64,000 nt of DNA, taken from positions 32,001 through 96,000 of the IMG/VR virus record IMGVR_UViG_3300025435_001056, one strand, 5' to 3'. A program made the translations under genes and the position numbers. How positions within the stretch are numbered: position 1 is the first letter of the stretch; every line of letters starts with the position of its first letter. Origin of the DNA: a virus. The notes beneath the pieces were generated by a model that saw nothing but the letters and a program-made list of their open reading frames with translations, was not told where the DNA came from and made no database searches. Of this stretch, positions 1-8,373 are shown one piece after another.

Positions 1-1
1 A

Positions 2-124
2 GCAATTACTGTGGGTAGTGGACCTACTGCGCAAGTATATGTCCACAACGGACGCAATTATGTAGATCAATCAACTGGCAACCTTATGCCACCTACTGTG
101 GCCAAGTCTATGGGCTTAAAATGA
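2..124 (+). CDS. 3' end of an upstream hypothetical protein (partial)
   Basis: Open frame from the window edge ending at TGA 122-124, with an ATGA overlap onto the next gene. Confidence 0.6.
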   Translation, partial: AITVGSGPTAQVYVHNGRNYVDQSTGNLMPPTVAKSMGLK

Positions 125-2052
125 AACTCCTAGAAGGTGGTAATGTATTCAAGAACGGCGACGGCCAATCCTTAACACAACGTATCAATCAGACTGATGT
201 TAAATCGACACTTGCTTGGCTTGAAGAAATGTTGCCAGATCTTGATTTACAAAATAATACTCTTGGTAGTACTGGTATTAAAGACACCAGTGGAGACTTG
301 GATATCGCCGTAGATGCCAATCGAGTTAGCAAAGAACAACTGGTAGCACAATTGTCACAGTGGGCCGTGAGTCAGGGATTTAAGCCTGAAGACTATGTTC
401 GTAAATCTGGCACCGCTGTACATTTTAAAACTCCAATTGATGGCCGCCCGGATCGCGGTTATGTGCAAACGGACTTTATGTTTATGAAAGATGTTCCGTG
501 GTCAAAGTTTGTGCTAGGGGCGATGCCGGCAGATTCAAAGCACAAAGGCCGCGAGCGTAATGTGCTTATAAACAGTATAGCTAAGAGTATGGGTTACAAG
601 TTAAATCAGAATTCTGGAATACAACGCAGAGACGATCCTAGTAATACATTAATTACAAATAATCCCGACGAAGTTGCTAAGTTACTGTTAAACAAGACAT
701 CTACACGACAAGACTTAGCAAGCGTAGAATCTATATTACAAGCACTAAGCACCGATCCTAAACGCGAAAAAAAATTAGCAGATTTTAAACAACATATGGA
801 AAGAGAAGGATTGCCGTTTCTGGAAACTACAAATGAAAATACAGACTTGTACCAAGATTACAATGAAGTAAATTTTTTGGCTCGTTTACGAGACCGTATT
901 GTTAATCAAGGCATGCAGGTTATTATTGAAGCAGAAGTTCAAGGCGGCCGTGCCAAAGGTATTGAACACTTGGAAGATCTAGTGTTTCGTTTAGGCAGTG
1001 TTGGCATCAAACAAGCCATGAACATTGTGAAACACACCACACAAGACACACCAGGAACTACCACGGTCAAGTGGGACGGCAAACCTGCCCTAGTATTTGG
1101 ACGCGATACCGACGGTACATTTATCTTGACCGATGTGTCAGGATTCACCGCCCGCGGTTACAACGGCTTGTTTACCAGTCCTAGACAGGTGCGTCAACAT
1201 TTGGCCGCTAGAGATCGCGAAGCCGAAGCACAGGGCCGTCCGGCTACTCGTGTGCAGGATCTTGCTCCTATCTATGACAAGTTATGGGGCATGTTAGACG
1301 CCGCGGTACCTAAGAACTATCAAGGCTTCTTTCAAGGCGATCTGTTGTACACTGATACTCCGCCTGTAGAAGCTGGGAACTATGTATTTCGACCCAACGA
1401 AATAGAATACAAGATACCAGCCGCCAGTGATATTGGTCAGCGTATTGGTGCCAGTGAAGTTGGCATAGCCATGCACACTCGCTATGCTGAACCCGGGGCT
1501 GTCAAAGAACCCATTGGCACGTTCGAATTTAATTTGGTACCAGGATTGTTACTGTTGGAACCCGTGACGGCCAAGCAAAATATCAAGCCAGAAGCACAGG
1601 CCGTCAAGCAACTGCGTACCATCTACAACACCCAAGGTGCCGCTATAGATCAACTGTTCAATCCGGCCGATCTTCGGGCTCAGCAAATTACCGACCTGCC
1701 CAAGCTGTGTGTGGATTACATCAACAGTTGTGTAGGTGCAAATTTTGATAACCTCTTGTCGGATTTTGGTCCATGGCTGTTGCAACATGCTGGCCCACGC
1801 AAGTTTGGCAACATAGTAGAATATCTGAAAAGTCCACAGAGCAATCTTGGTGCCATGGCGGCCGCATTTGATACTTGGGAACTACTACACGCTATCAAAA
1901 TGGACTTATTAGGACAACTTGATCTACAGCACCCGGGGCAGGAAGGTTGGGTCATGGCTACACCTGCTGGTATGGCCAAGGCGGTAAATCGTCTAGCCGG
2001 TGGATTTACTGCGGCAAATCGGGCTCTAAATAATCCTAAACAACAGGCCTAA
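121..2052 (+). CDS. Two-domain protein: Pol-beta-type nucleotidyltransferase plus RNA-ligase-like (DUF6267-like) domain
   Basis: N-terminal LGSTG..SGDLDI and VQTD motifs; C-terminal HLED, TVKWDG, FQGDLL, EGWV and AKAVNR resemble ligase motifs I, III, IV and V. Confidence 0.65.
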   Translation: MKLLEGGNVFKNGDGQSLTQRINQTDVKSTLAWLEEMLPDLDLQNNTLGSTGIKDTSGDLDIAVDANRVSKEQLVAQLSQWAVSQGFKPEDYVRKSGTAVHFKTPIDGRPDRGYVQTDFMFMKDVPWSKFVLGAMPADSKHKGRERNVLINSIAKSMGYKLNQNSGIQRRDDPSNTLITNNPDEVAKLLLNKTSTRQDLASVESILQALSTDPKREKKLADFKQHMEREGLPFLETTNENTDLYQDYNEVNFLARLRDRIVNQGMQVIIEAEVQGGRAKGIEHLEDLVFRLGSVGIKQAMNIVKHTTQDTPGTTTVKWDGKPALVFGRDTDGTFILTDVSGFTARGYNGLFTSPRQVRQHLAARDREAEAQGRPATRVQDLAPIYDKLWGMLDAAVPKNYQGFFQGDLLYTDTPPVEAGNYVFRPNEIEYKIPAASDIGQRIGASEVGIAMHTRYAEPGAVKEPIGTFEFNLVPGLLLLEPVTAKQNIKPEAQAVKQLRTIYNTQGAAIDQLFNPADLRAQQITDLPKLCVDYINSCVGANFDNLLSDFGPWLLQHAGPRKFGNIVEYLKSPQSNLGAMAAAFDTWELLHAIKMDLLGQLDLQHPGQEGWVMATPAGMAKAVNRLAGGFTAANRALNNPKQQA

Positions 2053-2121
2053 TCTTCCTTTTTTACCCAAAATGGTAAATACTTGCAGGTCCTCCGTGAC
2101 CATATATTAAGGAGATTTAAA

Positions 2122-2532
2122 ATGGCTTATATTACCGTAGTTTCTGGTGGCGCACAACCAGTATTTGCAACCGACGTATTAAACGGTTCCGTTGCACAAG
2201 GCGCAAACTTAGCAAACGCTTCAGTAACCAACTTCCAAGGTCCTAAATTAGACTTTTTCTCAATTGTAGCTAACAGCTCATTGGGTGTAACTGGTGCTGG
2301 TAACGCAGCTGGTTTTGTGTCCAACACATTACAAGCATTACAGCAAACAACAACAGTTGCTATGTACCAAGTAAACCCAACTTCACCAACAATTTTAAAC
2401 GTTGCTGTTTACCCAACTGCTGCTGCTAACAGCGCAACAATTCTTTCTTCTGCTCAAGGTGCCAATGCAACTGGCGGTTTGAACATTGGTTGGACTAGTG
2501 CTGCTGCCAATGCAGTATTTGTAACACAATAA
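2122..2532 (+). CDS. Abundant virion structural protein (possible head decoration)
   Basis: TAAATA promoter near 2076, strong AAGGAG SD, highly biased codons, A/G/T/N-rich, own terminator; start reassigned to ATG 2122. Confidence 0.55.
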   Translation: MAYITVVSGGAQPVFATDVLNGSVAQGANLANASVTNFQGPKLDFFSIVANSSLGVTGAGNAAGFVSNTLQALQQTTTVAMYQVNPTSPTILNVAVYPTAAANSATILSSAQGANATGGLNIGWTSAAANAVFVTQ

Positions 2533-2552
2533 TAGTTAGATCTATTAGCGAC

Positions 2553-2581
2553 AAACCCTGGAATAAAACCCAGGGTTTTTT
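2553..2581 (+). terminator. Rho-independent terminator
   Basis: AAACCCTGG-N8-CCAGGGTTT followed by a T run. Confidence 0.85.
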
Positions 2582-2601
2582 GTTGACTAAGTATTTGTAT
2601 C

Positions 2602-2850
2602 ATGCAAGCCAGCAAAATCACCGAAGTGACCATATATGAAAGTCCTGACGGGGGGCATACAGTGTACGCCCGCCGTCCCGGAAGTACACACAGAGAATTA
2701 TATAGTCGCAGTGAGGAAAAGCAGTTGGAACTGGCCGAACTAGAACAGCAAAAACGTTGGGTTGATATTTTTCAACAGAGAAAAAATAATGCTGAACTAG
2801 ATCGCCTGTGTGAGCAGGTGGAAATCATGTATGAATTGAGTCGACCATGA
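2602..2850 (+). CDS. Conserved phage hypothetical protein
   Basis: IYESPDGGxTVYAR motif typical of large phages; TAAGTA upstream. Confidence 0.7.
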   Translation: MQASKITEVTIYESPDGGHTVYARRPGSTHRELYSRSEEKQLELAELEQQKRWVDIFQQRKNNAELDRLCEQVEIMYELSRP

Positions 2851-3269
2851 GATATGCCTGTCAGACCTATTTTGACATCACTGCCACCGGTGTAACTGGA
2901 CATTTTAAACCGGCCGCAGTGCCATTCCAAGATCGTGCTGGCCAAAACATAACCAATTTGGAATCGTGGAATCGAGCCAGAAATCAACAACGCAATTGGG
3001 AAACCTTAACACAACTGATATCCATGCGGGCCCAGATATTTGAACTGCTGGAACCTTTGGATTATCTAGATACTTGGACCTTTGAATTTGAAGTAGAAAC
3101 TGCCGATGCTTTTGGACCTGCAGACAATCCAGTATCTGTCCTGTTGGCCGACGCCGAAGGAGTGCCTATGATCAATAATCTCAACAATACTCGAGAATTG
3201 TCCCCGGTTCTGCGTACTCGAATGCCCAATCAAAACATTTGGTTTATACCAATATCCATAAATACTTGA
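2847..3269 (+). CDS. Hypothetical protein (late/structural cluster)
   Basis: ATGA coupling; TxFDITATG motif. Confidence 0.7.
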   Translation: MRYACQTYFDITATGVTGHFKPAAVPFQDRAGQNITNLESWNRARNQQRNWETLTQLISMRAQIFELLEPLDYLDTWTFEFEVETADAFGPADNPVSVLLADAEGVPMINNLNNTRELSPVLRTRMPNQNIWFIPISINT

Positions 3270-3312
3270 AGAGTTTTTGTCCTGAGACAAAACAAAAATA
3301 AAGAAAACAATT

Positions 3313-3576
3313 ATGGTTGAAGCCACTGACATTGAAAAGAAAAGTTTAGAAGCACATGTGGAACTATGTGCCGAACGCTACAATGCACTTGAAGACAAAA
3401 TGAGTGTTATGAGTGAAAACATTTCGCATCTATGCGAAATGGTCAAGGAAGTCAAGGACAATATCAGCAAATTGAGTGAAAAAAATACCGATAGACTCAT
3501 TAACTGGGGTATTGGAATTATTGGATTTTTGTCAGCATCGACAATTTATCTAATATCGCACTATGTAATTAAATGA
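3313..3576 (+). CDS. Coiled-coil protein with C-terminal transmembrane helix (XhlA/holin-like architecture)
   Basis: Heptad pattern followed by WGIGIIGFLSASTIYLI; TAAATA near 3259. Confidence 0.55.
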   Translation: MVEATDIEKKSLEAHVELCAERYNALEDKMSVMSENISHLCEMVKEVKDNISKLSEKNTDRLINWGIGIIGFLSASTIYLISHYVIK

Positions 3577-4070
3577 ATCCAGATCAAGAGTTTGAACGCC
3601 TGTTTAGGCAAGAATTTCGTGATATTGCACCCAACACAATTTGGCGCAACAATCTAGGTGAATACGAAGCATTTGAAAAATACAAAATTGTGCCACATCG
3701 ACCCGGGTATCGGGTATTTTGCAGCGCCACAGAAGTGGGTGTATTTGGTACCACTCGATCAGCATTAAGTTGGTGTATAGCCGACAAATTTAAGGCTTAT
3801 AACACTGCACGAGATATATTGGTGTTGGATCAGCACCTAACTGCATTAACTCGAGATATTGCTACTAGAACTGCTATTGGCGAGCGTAGTAAAAACTGGG
3901 AATTTAGGGACGGCATCGGAACCAAATTAGAAACCAAGATCATACGTAAAAAACAGGTAGAAAACGATTTGGCCAAATGTGTAAACTGGGCTAAATATAT
4001 TCAACAACAAGGATTTGAAAATGAAACTGCAAGAACTGGCCGCAATCAGCCCAACAAAGCAAGCCGCTAA
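3573..4070 (+). CDS. Hypothetical protein
   Basis: ATGA-coupled ORF in an operon. Confidence 0.7.
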   Translation: MNPDQEFERLFRQEFRDIAPNTIWRNNLGEYEAFEKYKIVPHRPGYRVFCSATEVGVFGTTRSALSWCIADKFKAYNTARDILVLDQHLTALTRDIATRTAIGERSKNWEFRDGIGTKLETKIIRKKQVENDLAKCVNWAKYIQQQGFENETARTGRNQPNKASR

Positions 4071-4932
4071 GGTATTTGAAAGTTATTTTGGCGGTCGTGT
4101 CGACATCAACGCAATTAGCCGCACACAGGCTCGTCGATTATTAAACCGTGTTCGTAACCTAGTTAACGAGCATCGCCGCACACCTAAATTCCATTGCAGT
4201 GAACAGAATCCCAGTTATCTTAAACTGGTCATGATGGAGCAGTTTTTATCTGCTCGTGTTAAAGAAGATGCCATGGGCGGAGCAACTGTTGGAATGGCAC
4301 AGCCATCAGGTGGCACAGCGGCCAATACAACCAATACACCCACTCAAGGTACTCAAGCCATGCAGGCTGTAACCATACAGCAGGCTAAAAAAGCAAAACA
4401 AGATGAACTCCAGGCACTAAAGCAACAACAAGCCGATCTTCAAAAGAAGATGAGCCAGGTTCAACAAGAAATAAACAATCCTACCATGGCCGAAAGCCGC
4501 CGCCATCGCCGTTTGCGTGAAGCATCGGAGATCCAACAGGCCCAGGTGGTGCTGGCCAGCCAAGACATGGTAGACCAAGTACAAAAAATGAGCGAACAGA
4601 TCAGTTCCATGCAGTTCAAAGATTTACCGGCTCTGGTGGATCAAATCAAAAATGAAGTTGGAGTTGACCAAGCTGGTCAGTTCAATGGTGATGCCAGTGC
4701 TGCACTCAGTGGATTATTACAAAATCTTCAAGGTGCCAAACAACAGTTAGAGGCCGCACTTGGTGTGGTTACAGGGCAGGCTCCACAAATTCCTGGTCAA
4801 GACATGGGTGCCGAAATGCCATCAGTTGAAGAACCACCTGCTGAACTACCAGCACCAGAGGGCGATGTGGATGCCGAATTGGATGCCAATTTAGAAACTC
4901 CTAAAACCGCACTAGGTCGCGGCCGCAGATAA
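4021..4932 (+). CDS. Putative prohead core/scaffolding-like protein
   Basis: MKLQE N-terminus, Q-rich coiled coils, acidic Pro-rich linker, basic C-terminus LGRGRR. Confidence 0.45.
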   Translation: MKLQELAAISPTKQAAKVFESYFGGRVDINAISRTQARRLLNRVRNLVNEHRRTPKFHCSEQNPSYLKLVMMEQFLSARVKEDAMGGATVGMAQPSGGTAANTTNTPTQGTQAMQAVTIQQAKKAKQDELQALKQQQADLQKKMSQVQQEINNPTMAESRRHRRLREASEIQQAQVVLASQDMVDQVQKMSEQISSMQFKDLPALVDQIKNEVGVDQAGQFNGDASAALSGLLQNLQGAKQQLEAALGVVTGQAPQIPGQDMGAEMPSVEEPPAELPAPEGDVDAELDANLETPKTALGRGRR

Positions 4933-5267
4933 TGCGCATCGGTGAAGTAGCAGATTTAGGTTCACAGAAATTGATGGCACTTGCCCAGTTCCTGAGTGGC
5001 CGGAGTGATGATGAATCTGCACAAAAACAAATCAGTCAACAGGCCTTTGTTGATTTGGCTAAAAGTTTAGGCGTCAATGTTACCATTGAAAACCTAGGCG
5101 ATTTAATTAGCCAACCACCACTTAGCAATTTATTAGAACCTCTTGATCCTAATTCGGGTGTGGTACGATTCAAAGGCAATACCGAAGCTGAAACTGGAAT
5201 GAGCGTAGACCAAGCACAAGCAGTTGTTAACTCCAATGCCAAAGCGGCCTTAAAACGTCGTAGTTAA
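4932..5267 (+). CDS. Hypothetical virion protein
   Basis: TAATG coupling; MRIGE N-terminus. Confidence 0.6.
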   Translation: MRIGEVADLGSQKLMALAQFLSGRSDDESAQKQISQQAFVDLAKSLGVNVTIENLGDLISQPPLSNLLEPLDPNSGVVRFKGNTEAETGMSVDQAQAVVNSNAKAALKRRS

Positions 5268-5302
5268 AAATCCTCATAATATTTTAGTAGTAAATACAAG
5301 TC

Positions 5303-6181
5303 ATGGACAATCGCATTACGATCGACAAGCTCGAATTCTACATCACCAATGTGTGCAATCTAACCTGCACCGGTTGCAATAGATACAACAACTACAAATT
5401 TGCCGGTTGGCAAGACTACAACGATTATCACGATATCATACAAGAATGGACTAAAAAGATTCGTGTGACCAAAGCCATAATTCTGGGTGGAGAACCCTTG
5501 CTGAACCCCACAATCAATCAGTGGATCGATGGCATCAAAGCCGCTTGGCCTGATGCCTATTCGCCTGAGATTATCAGCAACGGTACTCGACTTGATTTGG
5601 TGGATGGTCTGTACGAAACTTGCCATCGCAACGGTTCCTGGATAGCTGTCAGCGTACACAGAGATTCTGACATTGAGCTGTTGTCTGTGCGTGTGAGGAA
5701 TTTTTTAACTCACCCAATCCGAGAAGGAGTTGCACTCCGTGCCGACATGAACAGCGATTATCAATTTATTGATGCCAATGGCGTACAGGTTCATGTGTGG
5801 AAAAATTATAATTTTTTGCAAAACAACATAATTGAACGCAGTGACGGTTCACGCACTTTATGGCAAAGTGATCCAATAGCAGCTCATGCGATTTGTCCTC
5901 AGGTTCTGCATAAAAATTATCATTTTCTTAATGGAAAGATTTACAAATGTGGTATGGCACCCTTGATGGCCGAGTTTGATCGCCAATATCCGTTTGATAT
6001 ATCCAAAGAGGATCGTGCCATAATACACACAGATTCTGGACTTGGCATTGATGAATTTGACCTGCGTGGAGAGGAATTTTTTCGTAATATAGACAATCCA
6101 ATTGCACACTGTAAATTTTGTCCAGACACATTTGAGTGGCACCAAATTGAATTTACCAATCTCAAGCCCAACAAGATTTGA
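5303..6181 (+). CDS. Radical SAM protein
   Basis: CNLTCTGC (CxxxCxxC), LGGEPLL, ISNG, C-terminal CxxC of a SPASM/twitch-like domain. Confidence 0.9.
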   Translation: MDNRITIDKLEFYITNVCNLTCTGCNRYNNYKFAGWQDYNDYHDIIQEWTKKIRVTKAIILGGEPLLNPTINQWIDGIKAAWPDAYSPEIISNGTRLDLVDGLYETCHRNGSWIAVSVHRDSDIELLSVRVRNFLTHPIREGVALRADMNSDYQFIDANGVQVHVWKNYNFLQNNIIERSDGSRTLWQSDPIAAHAICPQVLHKNYHFLNGKIYKCGMAPLMAEFDRQYPFDISKEDRAIIHTDSGLGIDEFDLRGEEFFRNIDNPIAHCKFCPDTFEWHQIEFTNLKPNKI

Positions 6182-6206
6182 CTTTTGGAGTTAAATACAG
6201 TACAAT
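6178..6206 (+). promoter_or_regulatory. Overlapping sigma70-type (TTGACT-N17-TACAAT) and late (TAAATA 6192-6197) promoters
   Basis: Consensus match with 17-bp spacing. Confidence 0.6.
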
Positions 6207-6227
6207 GAAGTCGTGGAGGTCTTAACT

Positions 6228-6533
6228 ATGAAAAAAATTCTATTTGTGGCATTGCTGACTGTTGTTAGCATGGCTCATGCTGATCGTTGGCACTACGGCG
6301 GCGGTCGTTATTACTATCATCCAGGATATGGGTGGGCAGTACCGGCAGTGGTTGGTGGAGTCATTGTGTATGAAGCTACTCGGCCTCCTGTAGTCATTCA
6401 ACAAAGTCCGGTTTATATACAACAGACTTATCCTCCGGCTCAGCCGGTCTATCCTGCTCCGGCCGGTTATCATTGGGAAGCCTTGGTAGATGCCAGTTGT
6501 AATTGCTACAGAACAGTATTGGTGCCAAATTAA
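6228..6533 (+). CDS. Secreted Pro/Tyr-rich protein
   Basis: Signal peptide MKKILFVALL...AHA; GGAGG SD. Confidence 0.7.
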   Translation: MKKILFVALLTVVSMAHADRWHYGGGRYYYHPGYGWAVPAVVGGVIVYEATRPPVVIQQSPVYIQQTYPPAQPVYPAPAGYHWEALVDASCNCYRTVLVPN

Positions 6534-6709
6534 TGAGACAAATCTGTTTCGTCCTTATGATGTCGATTGCCGGTATTGCCATGGCAGCCGGGCTAGGAAA
6601 CCTGTTCAACGAATTAAGTAAAAAGCCTGTAACAGTACCGCAGTCACCACCAAAGCTACCGGTAGCTCCACAGCCACCTAAATCACCAACACAAACAGTT
6701 AAGAAATAA
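6533..6709 (+). CDS. Small secreted Pro-rich protein
   Basis: TAATG coupling; hydrophobic N-terminus. Confidence 0.55.
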   Translation: MRQICFVLMMSIAGIAMAAGLGNLFNELSKKPVTVPQSPPKLPVAPQPPKSPTQTVKK

Positions 6710-6710
6710 T

Positions 6711-7091
6711 ATGGCATACAGCGATAAAGTAATTGATCATTATGAAAATCCACGCAATGTGGGTAGTTTTGCTAAAGACGAAGCAGGCATCGGTACTGGC
6801 ATGGTCGGCGCCCCGGCCTGCGGTGATGTCATGAAACTACAAATCAAAGTGGAAGATGGAATCATAACAGATGCAAAATTCAAAACGTATGGCTGTGGGT
6901 CGGCGATCGCTTCATCGTCACTTGTCACCGAATGGGTCAAAGGTAAAACTCTGGACCAGGCTGGCACAATTAAGAACTCTGCAATTGCAGAGGAACTTGC
7001 GCTCCCGCCGGTTAAGATACATTGTAGTATCCTTGCGGAAGACGCTATTAAGGCTGCAATAGATGATTACCGTAACAAGCACAGCAGTTAA
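6711..7091 (+). CDS. iscU: Fe-S cluster scaffold IscU
   Basis: MAYSDKVIDHYENPRNVG, GAPACGDVM, GCGSAIASSS, LPPVKIHC. Confidence 0.97.
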   Translation: MAYSDKVIDHYENPRNVGSFAKDEAGIGTGMVGAPACGDVMKLQIKVEDGIITDAKFKTYGCGSAIASSSLVTEWVKGKTLDQAGTIKNSAIAEELALPPVKIHCSILAEDAIKAAIDDYRNKHSS

Positions 7092-7383
7092 AAAGATACA
7101 AAATAATTTAGCCCGTCGTAGCCAGGGCTTGGGCATTAGACTAGGTGTAAGAACCACAGGATGTTCGGGACTAGCCTACGTACTAGAATATGTGGACGAG
7201 AAATTGCCAGAAGATTCAGTTAGCGAGCAAGACGGATTTGTTATTGTGATGGATCCCAAGAGTCATGCATATCTTGATGGCTTAGAAATAGACTATGTAC
7301 GCCAAGGCCTTAACGAAGGTTTTGAATTCCGCAATCCCAATGAAAAAGACCGCTGTGGATGCGGAGAAAGTTTTCGTGTATAA
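7063..7383 (+). CDS. iscA: A-type Fe-S carrier IscA
   Basis: TTGCSGLAY and NPN..CGCGESF motifs. Confidence 0.95.
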   Translation: MITVTSTAVKKIQNNLARRSQGLGIRLGVRTTGCSGLAYVLEYVDEKLPEDSVSEQDGFVIVMDPKSHAYLDGLEIDYVRQGLNEGFEFRNPNEKDRCGCGESFRV

Positions 7384-8089
7384 CCCAAAATTTGATTATC
7401 AACCCTTGAGTCGTGTTAGTATAGATGGCAAGCGTCTGTATGCTACCCCAGATGGTAAAAAGTTGCCCAGTGTCACAACTGTATTAGAAAAAACCAAGCC
7501 CGAAGAAAAGAAAGCGGCCTTACAGCAATGGAGAGATCGTGTGGGTCATGCGAAGGCACAGGCTATCACCACCGAAGCGGCCAATCGTGGTACCAGAATG
7601 CACACCCATCTTGAGCACTACGTCAAAACTGGCGAGCTCAAAGACCGCGGATCAAATCCGTTTGGTTGGGCCAGTCATGCCATGGCGCAAACTGTAATTG
7701 AAGATGGCTTACAAAATGTCTCAGAGTTCTGGGGTGTAGAAATTCCCCTGTATTTTCCCAGCCTGTATGCTGGCACCACTGACGGCTGTGGCATACACCT
7801 GGGCGATGAGTCAATCCTAGACTACAAACAAACCAACAAGCCCAAGAAGCAGGAGTGGATTGAAGATTACTACCTACAGCTGACAGCCTATGCTCTGGCT
7901 CACAACGAAGTTTATGGCACTAACATACGCAAGGGTGTGGTGTTAATGTGTGTTAAACCACCGGTAGATGACATGGGCAATCCACTTGCACGCCCGGTTT
8001 ACCAAGAATTCATTCTTAAATCTGAAGATTTCGACTACTGGTCAGATCAGTGGTGGCGTCGCTTAGAACTGTATTATTTGATGGCCTAA
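7376..8089 (+). CDS. PD-(D/E)XK exonuclease (Cas4/MGME1-like phage exonuclease)
   Basis: PSVTTVL, RGTRMH, YAGTTD, ILDYK and QLTAYA motifs; probable GTG start at 7376 with GGAG upstream. Confidence 0.85.
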   Translation: MYNPKFDYQPLSRVSIDGKRLYATPDGKKLPSVTTVLEKTKPEEKKAALQQWRDRVGHAKAQAITTEAANRGTRMHTHLEHYVKTGELKDRGSNPFGWASHAMAQTVIEDGLQNVSEFWGVEIPLYFPSLYAGTTDGCGIHLGDESILDYKQTNKPKKQEWIEDYYLQLTAYALAHNEVYGTNIRKGVVLMCVKPPVDDMGNPLARPVYQEFILKSEDFDYWSDQWWRRLELYYLMA

Positions 8090-8286
8090 GAGTTGTTAGG
8101 CAACTGACCTAATACTTCGTTACCATCCGCGTCGATGTCACTAGAAATATCTACAGAATTACTACCGCGAGTGGCAATAATTCCAGCACCACACAACTGT
8201 TGCATTAAAAAATGTACTTTTTTTTCCAAATCACGCATAGCAGAATCTGGGTCAATACGATCGTCTCTAGCCCATAAATTTGACAT
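8086..8286 (-). CDS. Small hypothetical protein
   Basis: AGGAG SD and TAAATA (8310-8315, minus strand) upstream of ATG 8286. Confidence 0.65.
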   Translation of the reverse strand: MSNLWARDDRIDPDSAMRDLEKKVHFLMQQLCGAGIIATRGSNSVDISSDIDADGNEVLGQLPNNS

Positions 8287-8373
8287 GTAAATCTCCTGGT
8301 TTGTAGCAATATTTAGTTGATACTGTGGCAAACAATCCAGCTAAATACTGAATAGAATTCAAGGAAAATTAAA

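Noticed and set aside
7376-8089. Cas4-like gene as part of a CRISPR system
   Set aside because: No other cas genes or array; lacks the Cas4 Cys cluster; ordinary phage exonuclease
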